The notes under the pieces are model-generated. The model worked only from the letters and a program-made list of their open reading frames with translations. It had not been told where the DNA came from and made no database searches. From the NCBI GenBank assembly GCA_045655745.1, contig JAZOPV010000015.1, forward strand, positions 26,824-90,823: 64,000 nt of DNA. Reading direction: 5' to 3'. Below are positions 27,015 to 35,462 of this stretch, piece after piece. Made by a program: the position numbers and the translations under genes. Each line of letters opens with the position of its first letter. Positions within the stretch are counted from its first letter, which is position 1. The DNA is from Faecousia sp. (GTDB lineage: Bacteria > Bacillota > Clostridia > Oscillospirales > Oscillospiraceae).

Positions 27015-27831
27015 ATTGTAGAGCAAAATACAGCAGTACTGCGCCACCCAGCACGATGCGGTAGATGCCAAAGGCAGAAAAGCTGTGGCGGCGAACATAC
27101 TCCATCAGGGCACGAATGACCAAGAGGCTGACCACAAAGCTGACGATGCAGCCGGTGATGAGCACCCAAATTTCATTTTGGGTGGGAATATTGCCTTCAA
27201 AAAGATATTTCACCAGCTTTAGTCCGCTGGCACCCAGCATGGTGGGAATGGCAAGGAAAAAGGAGAATTCCGCACCGGCAGGACGGCTGACACCCAAGAA
27301 AATTGCGCCCAAAATGGTAGCGCCGCTGCGGGATGTACCGGGAATGAGGCTCAGCACCTGAAAGGCACCAATCAGCAGGGCGGTGCGGTAATCAATGGCA
27401 TACACATCCTGAATGGTTGCTTTTTGGGGGCGTTTTTCCACCAGCAGGAATGCGACACCATAGATAATCAGCATCAGAGCGACCGTCACATAGTTGTATA
27501 GCTTTTCGTCCAGCCAATCGTCCAGTAGTAAGCCCAGCACCGCAGAGGGAAGAACAGCCACCACGACCTTGCCCCAAAGCTGCCAAATGTTTTTCTGCTG
27601 TATGTCTGTGTTTTTCTGAGAAAAAGGGTTGAGTTTGTTGAAAAACAGCACCAAAACTGCTATAATAGCACCAAGCTGAATGACCACCTGAAACATTTCA
27701 TAAAAGGCAGGCGAAATGTCCAGTCGGATAAATTCCTCCAGCAAAATCAGGTGTCCGGTGGAGGACACCGGCAGCCATTCAGTGATACCTTCCACAATGC
27801 CGAAAAGGACGGCTTTTAAAATTTCCAGCAT
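27013..27831 (-). CDS. uppP: Undecaprenyl-diphosphate phosphatase (BacA)
   Basis: GIVEGITEWLPVSSTGH, IQLGAI, PGTSRSGATI, AEFSFFLAIP. Confidence 0.96.
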   Translation of the reverse strand: MLEILKAVLFGIVEGITEWLPVSSTGHLILLEEFIRLDISPAFYEMFQVVIQLGAIIAVLVLFFNKLNPFSQKNTDIQQKNIWQLWGKVVVAVLPSAVLGLLLDDWLDEKLYNYVTVALMLIIYGVAFLLVEKRPQKATIQDVYAIDYRTALLIGAFQVLSLIPGTSRSGATILGAIFLGVSRPAGAEFSFFLAIPTMLGASGLKLVKYLFEGNIPTQNEIWVLITGCIVSFVVSLLVIRALMEYVRRHSFSAFGIYRIVLGGAVLLYFALQ

Positions 27832-27870
27832 AATTGCTCCTTTCAAATAGTTGTTGAGGGTTGCTGTATT

Positions 27871-27903
27871 TACTTTGACTCTCCCTTTGGGAGAGTCAAA
27901 GTA
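27871..27903. repeat. 33-bp perfect palindrome (family B hairpin) in the uppP / response regulator intergenic region
   Basis: TACTTTGACTCTCCC-TTT-GGGAGAGTCAAAGTA; related to 30203-30227. Confidence 0.75.
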
Positions 27904-27983
27904 TAGGTGAATTGTAATTCTTCAATTCTTTTTTCCCTTATTATAGTCAAAAACGGAAACGAATGCAAGAAAAAACTTGTCTG

Positions 27984-28022
27984 TTCACAAATTACCGGCG
28001 AACTCTTAACAAATTGTTCACC
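27984..28022 (+). promoter_or_regulatory. OmpR/PhoB-type direct repeats over the response regulator promoter
   Basis: TTCACA (27984), TTAACA (28006), TTCACC (28017) in 11/22-bp phase; TATAAT at 28042-47. Confidence 0.45.
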
Positions 28023-28088
28023 CTAATGCCGGAGATGTGGGTATAATTGGATTAAAATAAAACCGTTTTCGTATAGGAGGTATATTCC

Positions 28089-28775
28089 ATGGCAATCTCT
28101 GTTTTGATTGTAGAGGATGACCACAATATTGCGGAGCTTCTGCAGATGTATTTGGAAAAGGAGGGCTATGCCGTGTCCCTTGCCGCTGACGGCGGTGCAG
28201 GACTGGCGAAGTTCCGCTCCCTGCAGCCGGATTTGGTGCTGTTGGATGTGATGATGCCGGTCATGGACGGCTGGGCAGTTTGCAGAGCCATCCGTGCCGA
28301 AAGCCAAACCCCTGTGATTATGCTTACCGCCAAGGGCGAAACCGATGATAAGGTTTCGGGTCTCAAGGCAGGTGCGGATGACTATGTGACCAAGCCCTTT
28401 GAAATGAAGGAGGTGCTGGCTCGTATTGAGGCAGTGCTTCGCCGCAGCACCGGTGTGACTGCCGAAAAGAAGGCACGGCGGCTGGTGTTTGAAAATTTGG
28501 TCATTGATATGGATTCCTTTGAGCTTTTGGTGAATGGCAAAAAGGTGGATACGCCCCCCAAGGAGATGGAGCTATTATTCTACCTTGCCTCCTCTCCCAA
28601 TCGGGTTTATACCCGTAATCAGCTTTTGGACGAGGTTTGGGGCTTTGATTATTTTGGCGACAGCCGGACAGTGGATGTGCATGTGAAGCGTCTGCGTGAA
28701 AAGCTGGAGGGTGTCAGCGAAAGCTGGGGCTTAAAGACAGTTTGGGGCGTAGGCTACAAATTTGAGGTAGCATAA
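28089..28775 (+). CDS. OmpR-family response regulator
   Basis: VEDD, LDVMMP, MLTAKG, DDYVTKPF, RTVDVHVKRLR, TVWGVGYKF. Confidence 0.96.
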   Translation: MAISVLIVEDDHNIAELLQMYLEKEGYAVSLAADGGAGLAKFRSLQPDLVLLDVMMPVMDGWAVCRAIRAESQTPVIMLTAKGETDDKVSGLKAGADDYVTKPFEMKEVLARIEAVLRRSTGVTAEKKARRLVFENLVIDMDSFELLVNGKKVDTPPKEMELLFYLASSPNRVYTRNQLLDEVWGFDYFGDSRTVDVHVKRLREKLEGVSESWGLKTVWGVGYKFEVA

Positions 28776-28778
28776 GAC

Positions 28779-30173
28779 ATGAAAACCAGCCAAGGTCGTA
28801 CTTTTTTAACAGCGGTTATTATCTTTTTACTGGCACTGCTGGTGCTGGGAATGGCGCTGCAGGCTTTGGTACGGGACTATTTAACGCAGCAGGCATTTGA
28901 CCGGCTGGATAATAATGCAACCATCTTGTCCCAGTTAGCCTCGGCGTATTATACCGAAGGCGCTATGTCAAGCACCGAGTTTTTGCTGAATTTGGATTTG
29001 ACGGCACGGATTTCCGGTATGGATGCGGTGATTTGCGACAGCAAGGGCAAAGTTGTGCTTTGCTCCGATTCTCCCGGCGGCTGCTCACATCAGGGCTTGG
29101 TGATTACAAAGACCGATTCCAATTTTCTGCAGGTATTGTATGAAGAGCCCCGGTATATGTCTGCCCGTCCGGTGTATGCCAGTGCCACAGGCGCTGTGGT
29201 GGGCTATGTGATTGTATCCTCTCCCATTACCGATACCCAGCAGGTTTTGCAGCGGATTTCCAATATGTTTATGTTGGGCGCTATTGCGGTGATGCTGATT
29301 TCCGTTGTTGCCATGGGCTATTTTGCCCGACTGCAGAGCTATCCGCTGCAGGAGATGGCACGCAAGGCAAAAGCCTTCGGTCATGGTGATTTGGAGGCAC
29401 GGGTCAAGCTGACGGGCATGGAGGCACGGGAGGTGGAGGAGCTTGCCGTTGCCTTTAACAATATGGCATCCTCCTTACAAAAGAGCGAATACAGCCGGCA
29501 GGAATTTGTGGCAAATGTGTCCCATGAGCTGAAAACCCCCATGACCACCATCGGCGGCTATGTGGATGGCATTTTGGATGGCACGATTCCGGAGAGTAAG
29601 CAGCGCTATTATATGCAAATCGTTTCTGCGGAAACCAAGCGGCTTGCCCGTTTGGTCCGTTCCATGCTGGATATTTCCCAGCTGCAAAGTCAGGGAGGTA
29701 TTCCCTCTGATAAGATGTCCCGTTTTGATGTGGAGGAATGTGCCGGACAGATGCTCATTACCTTTGAGCAGAAAATTCTCTCCAAGGACATCAATGTGGA
29801 GGTGGATATGCCGGAGCATCCTGCCTATACAGTGGCACAGCAGGACTATATTTCACAGGTCATCTACAACCTCTTGGACAATGCGGTAAAATTCTGCCCT
29901 CAGGGCGGCACATTGAGCCTGAAAATCCGGGAGGATGGCAGCAAAATCTATGTATCGGTGGGCAATGACGGTGAAACCGTACCGCCGGAGGAGCTGCCGC
30001 TGCTGTTTGACCGTTTCCACAAGACGGACAAAAGCCGTGCCCAAAACCGAGATGGCTGGGGACTGGGACTTTATATTGTCAAAACCATTGTGGGACTGCA
30101 CGGCGAGGATATTTCCGTCACCAGCATGGACGGAAAGACGGAGTTTACCTTTACCCTGCCATTGATGAATTGA
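28779..30173 (+). CDS. Sensor histidine kinase (2 TM, HAMP, HisKA, HATPase)
   Basis: ANVSHELKTP, NLLDNAVKF, FDRFHK, GLGLYIVK. Confidence 0.96.
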   Translation: MKTSQGRTFLTAVIIFLLALLVLGMALQALVRDYLTQQAFDRLDNNATILSQLASAYYTEGAMSSTEFLLNLDLTARISGMDAVICDSKGKVVLCSDSPGGCSHQGLVITKTDSNFLQVLYEEPRYMSARPVYASATGAVVGYVIVSSPITDTQQVLQRISNMFMLGAIAVMLISVVAMGYFARLQSYPLQEMARKAKAFGHGDLEARVKLTGMEAREVEELAVAFNNMASSLQKSEYSRQEFVANVSHELKTPMTTIGGYVDGILDGTIPESKQRYYMQIVSAETKRLARLVRSMLDISQLQSQGGIPSDKMSRFDVEECAGQMLITFEQKILSKDINVEVDMPEHPAYTVAQQDYISQVIYNLLDNAVKFCPQGGTLSLKIREDGSKIYVSVGNDGETVPPEELPLLFDRFHKTDKSRAQNRDGWGLGLYIVKTIVGLHGEDISVTSMDGKTEFTFTLPLMN

Positions 30174-30202
30174 TAGAAAAAGTGGAGTTTATCAAGTTTT
30201 TC

Positions 30203-30227
30203 TTGCCTCTCCTAAAGGGAGAGGCAA
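30203..30227. repeat. Family B hairpin, second copy, overlapping the promoter of the HtrA-like gene
   Basis: TTGCCTCTCC-TAAAG-GGAGAGGCAA, followed by TATAAT at 30230. Confidence 0.65.
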
Positions 30228-30266
30228 GCTATAATCATAAGCGACAATCCTTTTTGAGGTTATTTT

Positions 30267-31514
30267 ATGCGTGAAACCAATCCTATTCCCAATGAAAATC
30301 CTGAAATTTGGGATGCAGGCACCTATCAAACCGGTGCTTCCAACCGAAGCAAAAAAGTCAGCGGTATAGCGGCTGTCATGCTGACCGGCGTGATTTTGCT
30401 GTGCGGTCTGACCAGCGCCATGGGCATTGCAAATATTCGGCTGCTGCCGCATTTGACGGAGCAAAAAAATTCCGTTATCACTCTGTCGGTAGACCCCAAC
30501 GATGCACAGGCGCAGCCCATTGACTCCTTGCTGACATCCCGACAGGAGCAGCTGCCCAGCTTGCCGGAGGTTTCCTTCTGGGAGCTTCCCTTGCAGATGC
30601 CCCCCAAGAGCCAAGTAGCACATCAGTTGTCTGCCCGTCAGGTTTATGAAAAAAATAAAAAATCCTTGGTGCATATCTATTCCCAAACCCCTGTCGGTAC
30701 GCAGCCGGTGGGTGTGGGCGTGATTTTATCCTCGGAGGGCTATATTTTGACCAATGCTCATGGCATCGTAGATGCCAATAGGATTTTTGTAGGGCTGCCG
30801 GATGGGCAGCAGCTACGGGCAGTGCCGGTGGGCAGTGATTATTTTTCCGATTTGGCAGTGCTATATGTGGAGGCGGAAAACCTGACCGCTGCGGAATTTG
30901 TGGATTCACAGGCACTGTGTATGGGAGAAACGGTGTATGCCTTTTCCGGCGCAGGACAGGAGCGTCCTGTGATGACCGATGGCGTGGTCCATGCCCTGAG
31001 CCGTCCTTATATTATGGGGAAGCTGCCGCTGCCGCTGATTCGCACCGATGCAAAAAGCAATTTTGGTCCGGTTTTTAATGCGTATGGACAGATTGTGGGT
31101 ATTCATGTGGGCAAAATTGCCCGACATTTTGATGACAATTTGACCCAAGGACAGGGCTTTACCCTGCCCAGTGCAGAATTAAAGAGCTTGCTTTCTCAGC
31201 TGATATGCCGTGGCAGTGTGGCAAACCGCCCTACCTTGGGAATTGAAACAGAAGAAATTTCCGGACTGTATCAGCAGTATTGGAGTTTGCCCGGCGGCTT
31301 GCAGATAACAGAGGTTTTAGAGGGCAGCCATGCACAAAGGCAGGGGCTGCTGCAGGGAGATATTTTGTTGGCACTGGATGGCTACCGACTGACGGAGCAG
31401 GCGGATTTGTATGACCGGCTTTTATATAGCGAAGCCGGAGACATCCTTGTGGCGGTGGTGTTCCGCAGCGGCAGACAGCTGACAATGGAGCTGCAGGTGG
31501 AAAAGCAAAGCTGA
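30267..31514 (+). CDS. HtrA/S1C-like membrane protein with PDZ domain, catalytic Ser motif degenerate
   Basis: TM anchor, GVILSSEGYILTNAH, SDLAVL, C-terminal PDZ (LGI...GLLQGDILLALDG); GNSGG replaced by KSNFG. Confidence 0.8.
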   Translation: MRETNPIPNENPEIWDAGTYQTGASNRSKKVSGIAAVMLTGVILLCGLTSAMGIANIRLLPHLTEQKNSVITLSVDPNDAQAQPIDSLLTSRQEQLPSLPEVSFWELPLQMPPKSQVAHQLSARQVYEKNKKSLVHIYSQTPVGTQPVGVGVILSSEGYILTNAHGIVDANRIFVGLPDGQQLRAVPVGSDYFSDLAVLYVEAENLTAAEFVDSQALCMGETVYAFSGAGQERPVMTDGVVHALSRPYIMGKLPLPLIRTDAKSNFGPVFNAYGQIVGIHVGKIARHFDDNLTQGQGFTLPSAELKSLLSQLICRGSVANRPTLGIETEEISGLYQQYWSLPGGLQITEVLEGSHAQRQGLLQGDILLALDGYRLTEQADLYDRLLYSEAGDILVAVVFRSGRQLTMELQVEKQS

Positions 31515-31539
31515 CCGGAAAGACGTTTTGGTGGGTATA

Positions 31540-32274
31540 ATGGAGCCGATTTATCGCAAACAATTTCAGCTGGATGACATGGTGACAGATTGCTTTGACA
31601 AGCTGAAGCTGTCCTCTTTACTATATTATGTGCAGGAAGTGGCAGGACAGCACTGTAACGCCCTGTCTGTCAGCCGTCAGGTGGCGGAACGAGGGCTGTT
31701 TTGGGCAATTATCCGCCATGGTGTGCAGATTACCCGCTTGCCCCAAAAGGGCGAAACCATCACCTTGGAAACATGGCCTATGCCTACTACCCGGGTTTCC
31801 TATCCCCGAAGTGTGGTGGCATTGGACGAAAAGGGGCAGGAGTTGTTTCGTTCGGTTAGTCTGTGGGTGCTGATGGACAGCCATAGCCGTGCCATGGTGT
31901 TGCCGGGAAAAAGCGGCGTGCTGGTGCCTGGTGTCCTGCGGGGCAATGAGCTACCCAGTCCGGCGTCCTTAGTGCCATCGTCCTTGGCTGCCGGCTGTCA
32001 TCGTAGGGTGTGCTTTACAGATTTGGATGTAAATGGGCACATGAATAATTGCCGGTATTTGGATTGGGCGGCGGATTTGCTGCCCAGCGGCTTTCATGGG
32101 GCACATCAGCTGCAGGGCTTTACCTTGTGCTATCTTTCGGAGGCACGGGAGGGCGAGGAGCTGCTTTTGGGCTGGGAAATGACCCCGGAGGGGGTGCTTC
32201 GGCTGGATATTCAGCGGTCGGAGGATAGGAAGCCCAGTCGAATTTTCAGTGCGGAGTTGCATTATTTTGCTTAA
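31540..32274 (+). CDS. Acyl-ACP thioesterase (FatA/B-like)
   Basis: ITRLP..GETITLETWP, DLDVNGHMNNCRYLDW. Confidence 0.9.
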   Translation: MEPIYRKQFQLDDMVTDCFDKLKLSSLLYYVQEVAGQHCNALSVSRQVAERGLFWAIIRHGVQITRLPQKGETITLETWPMPTTRVSYPRSVVALDEKGQELFRSVSLWVLMDSHSRAMVLPGKSGVLVPGVLRGNELPSPASLVPSSLAAGCHRRVCFTDLDVNGHMNNCRYLDWAADLLPSGFHGAHQLQGFTLCYLSEAREGEELLLGWEMTPEGVLRLDIQRSEDRKPSRIFSAELHYFA

Positions 32275-32292
32275 TATTCTGTAAACCGAATT

Positions 32293-32408
32293 TTATCCAC
32301 AACCTGTGTGCAGGTTGTGGAGTTTTTTTGTTCAAACCCGAAAAACCCATTAAAAACAGGCGTTTGACAGGATTTGCCTGTGGAAAAACCTGTGGAGAAT
32401 GTGGAAAA
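32293..32408. promoter_or_regulatory. Remote DnaA-box cluster
   Basis: TTATCCACA 32293-301, TGTGGAAAA 32379-87 and 32400-08, near-matches TGTGGAGAA 32391-99 and TGTGGAGTT 32316-24. Confidence 0.7.
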
Positions 32409-32598
32409 CTCAAGGCGACATAATTCCCCGAAAAACAGGGTTTTCTAGATTTATGTCAACTTTTGTTTCCTTCAGACTGGTTCAGTCGAAGGGGACAGGA
32501 AAAAAGCCCAATGCAAAAGGGCGGCTTCGACACCCTTGGGGGGAATCCTCCAAAATTTCTGAGATATAATGAAAAAAACACAGAAGGAGGAAAACCAC

Positions 32599-33453
32599 AT
32601 GGAAGAAAAATATCACCGCCGGAAACGGCAGCGGCTGTCGAGAGTGCTGCAACGGATGATTGTGCGGCTGCTGCTTGTGCTGGGGCTGTTGAGTCTCGCT
32701 GCAGGGCTGCTGGCAGCCCGAAAACCGGAGGACAAGGAAGCCTCGCCGCCGGTAACGCAGCCTTCTGCGCCCTCCGGAACGGTTTCCACACAGCCCACTG
32801 CGCCACCGACCCTGCCATCCACCGCACCGCCCACCACACAGATAGTGCAGGACAAGCCTTTTTTTGAAAATGCCGTCTTTATTGGCGATTCCGTCACCCT
32901 TGCCCTGCGGAATTATTGCCTGAAAACCGGACAGCTGTCCGGTGCGCAGTTTTTGTGCGCCGGTAATTATTCCCTGCGGCATGGGGTGCTGCCGCCCGGT
33001 GGCAAGGATGTGGTGAGCCTAACCTATCAGGGCGAGCCTATGTCCCCGGCAGAGGCGCTAAAAGCCTGCAAAGCGGATAAGGCATTTCTGCTTTTGGGCA
33101 TGAATGATGTGGTGTTTGGCTTGGATTTGGCAATGAAAAATTGGGATACCATTCTTCAAAGTATTCGCCGGCAGTGTCCGGATGTGGATATTTACATACA
33201 GAGCCTGACCCCTGTCATGCCGGCGTTTGAGGGGAAAAAGCTGAATAACGCCAGCATTGATGCCTACAATGCAGCCCTACGGGACTTTGCATGGCAGGAG
33301 GGCTGCATTTTTGTGGAGGTGGGAGAAAGCCTGAAGGACGAAAATGGGGCGTTACTGCCGAAATTTTGCTCGGATAATAAATGCCATTTGACAGATGCCG
33401 GCGTGCAGGCGTGGCTGCAGGTGCTGCAAGCGGTGGCAGAGGGCAGAGCATGA
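32599..33453 (+). CDS. SGNH/GDSL hydrolase family protein, membrane-anchored
   Basis: TM + Pro/Thr linker; IGDSVT, LGMND, D.CHL (DxxH-like). Confidence 0.88.
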   Translation: MEEKYHRRKRQRLSRVLQRMIVRLLLVLGLLSLAAGLLAARKPEDKEASPPVTQPSAPSGTVSTQPTAPPTLPSTAPPTTQIVQDKPFFENAVFIGDSVTLALRNYCLKTGQLSGAQFLCAGNYSLRHGVLPPGGKDVVSLTYQGEPMSPAEALKACKADKAFLLLGMNDVVFGLDLAMKNWDTILQSIRRQCPDVDIYIQSLTPVMPAFEGKKLNNASIDAYNAALRDFAWQEGCIFVEVGESLKDENGALLPKFCSDNKCHLTDAGVQAWLQVLQAVAEGRA

Positions 33454-33896
33454 AAAAAATACTTCTTATATTGCTTCTTCTGCTGACGGGCTGCAGCAAG
33501 CCCGTTTCGGTGCAGATGAATTTAACGGAGGTTTCTCAAATGCTGATTGGACAGGCAGTGCTTCCCCAAATGCTTTCTCTGTCGGAGGAAGTGATGGAGA
33601 ATTTGTGTGGCATTTCGCCGGAGGATTGGGTGCAGGGGGCGGTGTATCTGTGCGCCGACAGCCTTCGAGCCGATGAAATTTGGCTTTTGGAGGCAAAGGA
33701 TACGCAGGCGCTGCAGCATCTGCGGGCTGCGGCGGAAAAGCGGCTGCAGCAAAAGGCGGCAGAGAGTAAAACCTATTCGCCGGAGCAGTATGCGGTGGTG
33801 CAGCAGGCAAAAATTATGATATGGGGCAATTATTTTGCACTGTTGGTCAGTCCGCAGGCAGAAGCACTGGCGCAATACCTAGACTGGGAAAAGTAA
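33450..33896 (+). CDS. DUF4358-like lipoprotein
   Basis: MKKILLILLLLLTGC lipobox; ADEIWLLEAKD, YSPEQYAVV; translationally coupled to the SGNH gene. Confidence 0.75.
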   Translation: MKKILLILLLLLTGCSKPVSVQMNLTEVSQMLIGQAVLPQMLSLSEEVMENLCGISPEDWVQGAVYLCADSLRADEIWLLEAKDTQALQHLRAAAEKRLQQKAAESKTYSPEQYAVVQQAKIMIWGNYFALLVSPQAEALAQYLDWEK

Positions 33897-33914
33897 ATTG
33901 TCGTTTGGGGATAT

Positions 33915-34110
33915 GTTGTACTTTTCTTGCTTCGCCAAGAAAAGCACCAAAAGAATGTCGCATAGGGGAGGCGCTACGAGCAAATGCGCATGAATTATGG
34001 TATGCTTGCCCCCGGCAAGCATAGAAATTGCGGATTCGCTGCGCGAAGCACCACCCCCGAACGATTTCTTTGGTTACGTTCTTGTTCGGATACAGGAAAG
34101 TAACGCTTCT
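33915..34110. repeat. About 200-bp hairpin-rich element (family A, MITE/BIME-like) inside the O-acetylation operon
   Basis: Terminal hairpins GTACTTTTCTTG-CTTCGC-CAAGAAAAGCAC and TTCTTG-TTCGGATA-CAGGAA; central TATGCTTGCC-CCC-GGCAAGCATA (34001-34023). Confidence 0.7.
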
Positions 34111-34128
34111 TTGGAAAGGAGGGATTTT

Positions 34129-35460
34129 TTGGTCTTTTCCGGCAATGTTTTTTTATTTCTCTTTTTGCCCACTGTGCTTTTGGTGTATTATTTTGCCCCA
34201 AAGAAGCTGCGCAACACAGTGCTGCTGCTGTTCAGCCTTGCATTTTACGGCTTTGGGGAATGGCGGTATTTGCCGCTGATGTTGCTTGTCATTGGCTTTA
34301 CTTATTTGGGCGGCTTGGGAGTTGCCCGATTTCGTGCCCCATGGCTGGTGGGCATTACTGTGACAGGGTGCTTATTGTGCCTTGGATATTTTAAGTACAG
34401 CCCCCTTTTGCCGGGGATGTGGGCGGTGGCGCTGCCCATGGGCATTTCCTTTTATATTTTTCATTGCATCAGCTATGTGGTGGATGTGTATCGGGGCAGA
34501 GCTGCGGTGCAAAAAAACATCCTGACCTTTGCGACTTATATCACCTTGTTTCCACGGCTAATTGCAGGACCGATTGTTCGCTATGCCGACATTGCCCAGC
34601 AGATGAAAAGCCGTAGGGAAAATTGGGCAGATGTGTCGGACGGCATTCAATTGTTTTTGGTGGGGCTGGGGAAAAAACTGCTGCTGGCAAATCCAATGGG
34701 ACAGATTTGGCAGCAGTTGCAGGCATTTGAGGGTACAGCGGCGGCGTGGCTGGGGCTTGTGTGCTACAGTCTGCAGATTTATTTTGATTTTTCCGGCTAC
34801 AGCGATATGGCTCGTGGCTTGGGGCTGATGTTTGGCTTTTCCTTTCTGAAAAATTTTGATTATCCCTATATCTCCTGCTCCATCACGGAATTTTGGCGGC
34901 GGTGGCATATCAGCCTGTCCACATGGTTTCGGGAGTATGTTTATATTCCCTTGGGCGGCAATCAGCAGGGCTGGGGGCGGCAAATCCGAAATTTGCTGAT
35001 TGTGTGGTCGCTGACGGGGCTGTGGCATGGCGCAGGGTGGAATTTTCTGCTGTGGGGGCTGTATTACGGGCTGCTGCTGGTGCTGGAAAAGCGGCTGCCC
35101 TCTGTGTATCTGACTAAGCTGCCCAAGCTGCTGCGGCGAGGTGGTACACTGCTGTTGGTGATGCTGGGCTGGGCGATTTTTTATTTTGAGGATATGGGTG
35201 CATTGAGAGAATTTTTTAGACGCTTGTTTGTATACAGCCCCATGGCATCTTGGCAAATTCCACAGCTTTGGCGTTGCCTGCCTTGGCTTGTGGTGGGGGT
35301 GGTGGCAGCCACGCCCATACCCAAATATCTGCTGTATCGCTGCCGCCTGCGGTGGTGGATGCAGCTGTTACGCTGGCTGGTGGGCTTGGGGATTTTGCTG
35401 TTGTCAGTGTCCGCACTGGCAGGACAAAGCTATAATCCCTTTCTGTATTTTCGGTTTTAG
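34129..35460 (+). CDS. MBOAT O-acyltransferase (AlgI/PatA/DltB-like)
   Basis: TTG start after AAGGAGG; LPMGISFYIF, GPIVRY, YFDFSGYSDMA, EFWRRWHISLS, GLWHGA. Confidence 0.95.
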   Translation: MVFSGNVFLFLFLPTVLLVYYFAPKKLRNTVLLLFSLAFYGFGEWRYLPLMLLVIGFTYLGGLGVARFRAPWLVGITVTGCLLCLGYFKYSPLLPGMWAVALPMGISFYIFHCISYVVDVYRGRAAVQKNILTFATYITLFPRLIAGPIVRYADIAQQMKSRRENWADVSDGIQLFLVGLGKKLLLANPMGQIWQQLQAFEGTAAAWLGLVCYSLQIYFDFSGYSDMARGLGLMFGFSFLKNFDYPYISCSITEFWRRWHISLSTWFREYVYIPLGGNQQGWGRQIRNLLIVWSLTGLWHGAGWNFLLWGLYYGLLLVLEKRLPSVYLTKLPKLLRRGGTLLLVMLGWAIFYFEDMGALREFFRRLFVYSPMASWQIPQLWRCLPWLVVGVVAATPIPKYLLYRCRLRWWMQLLRWLVGLGILLLSVSALAGQSYNPFLYFRF

Positions 35461-35462
35461 GA

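Noticed and set aside
33997-34128. In-frame N-terminal extension of the MBOAT ORF
   Set aside because: It runs through the hairpin element. A TTG with a strong AAGGAGG RBS at 34129 gives the typical MVFS start.
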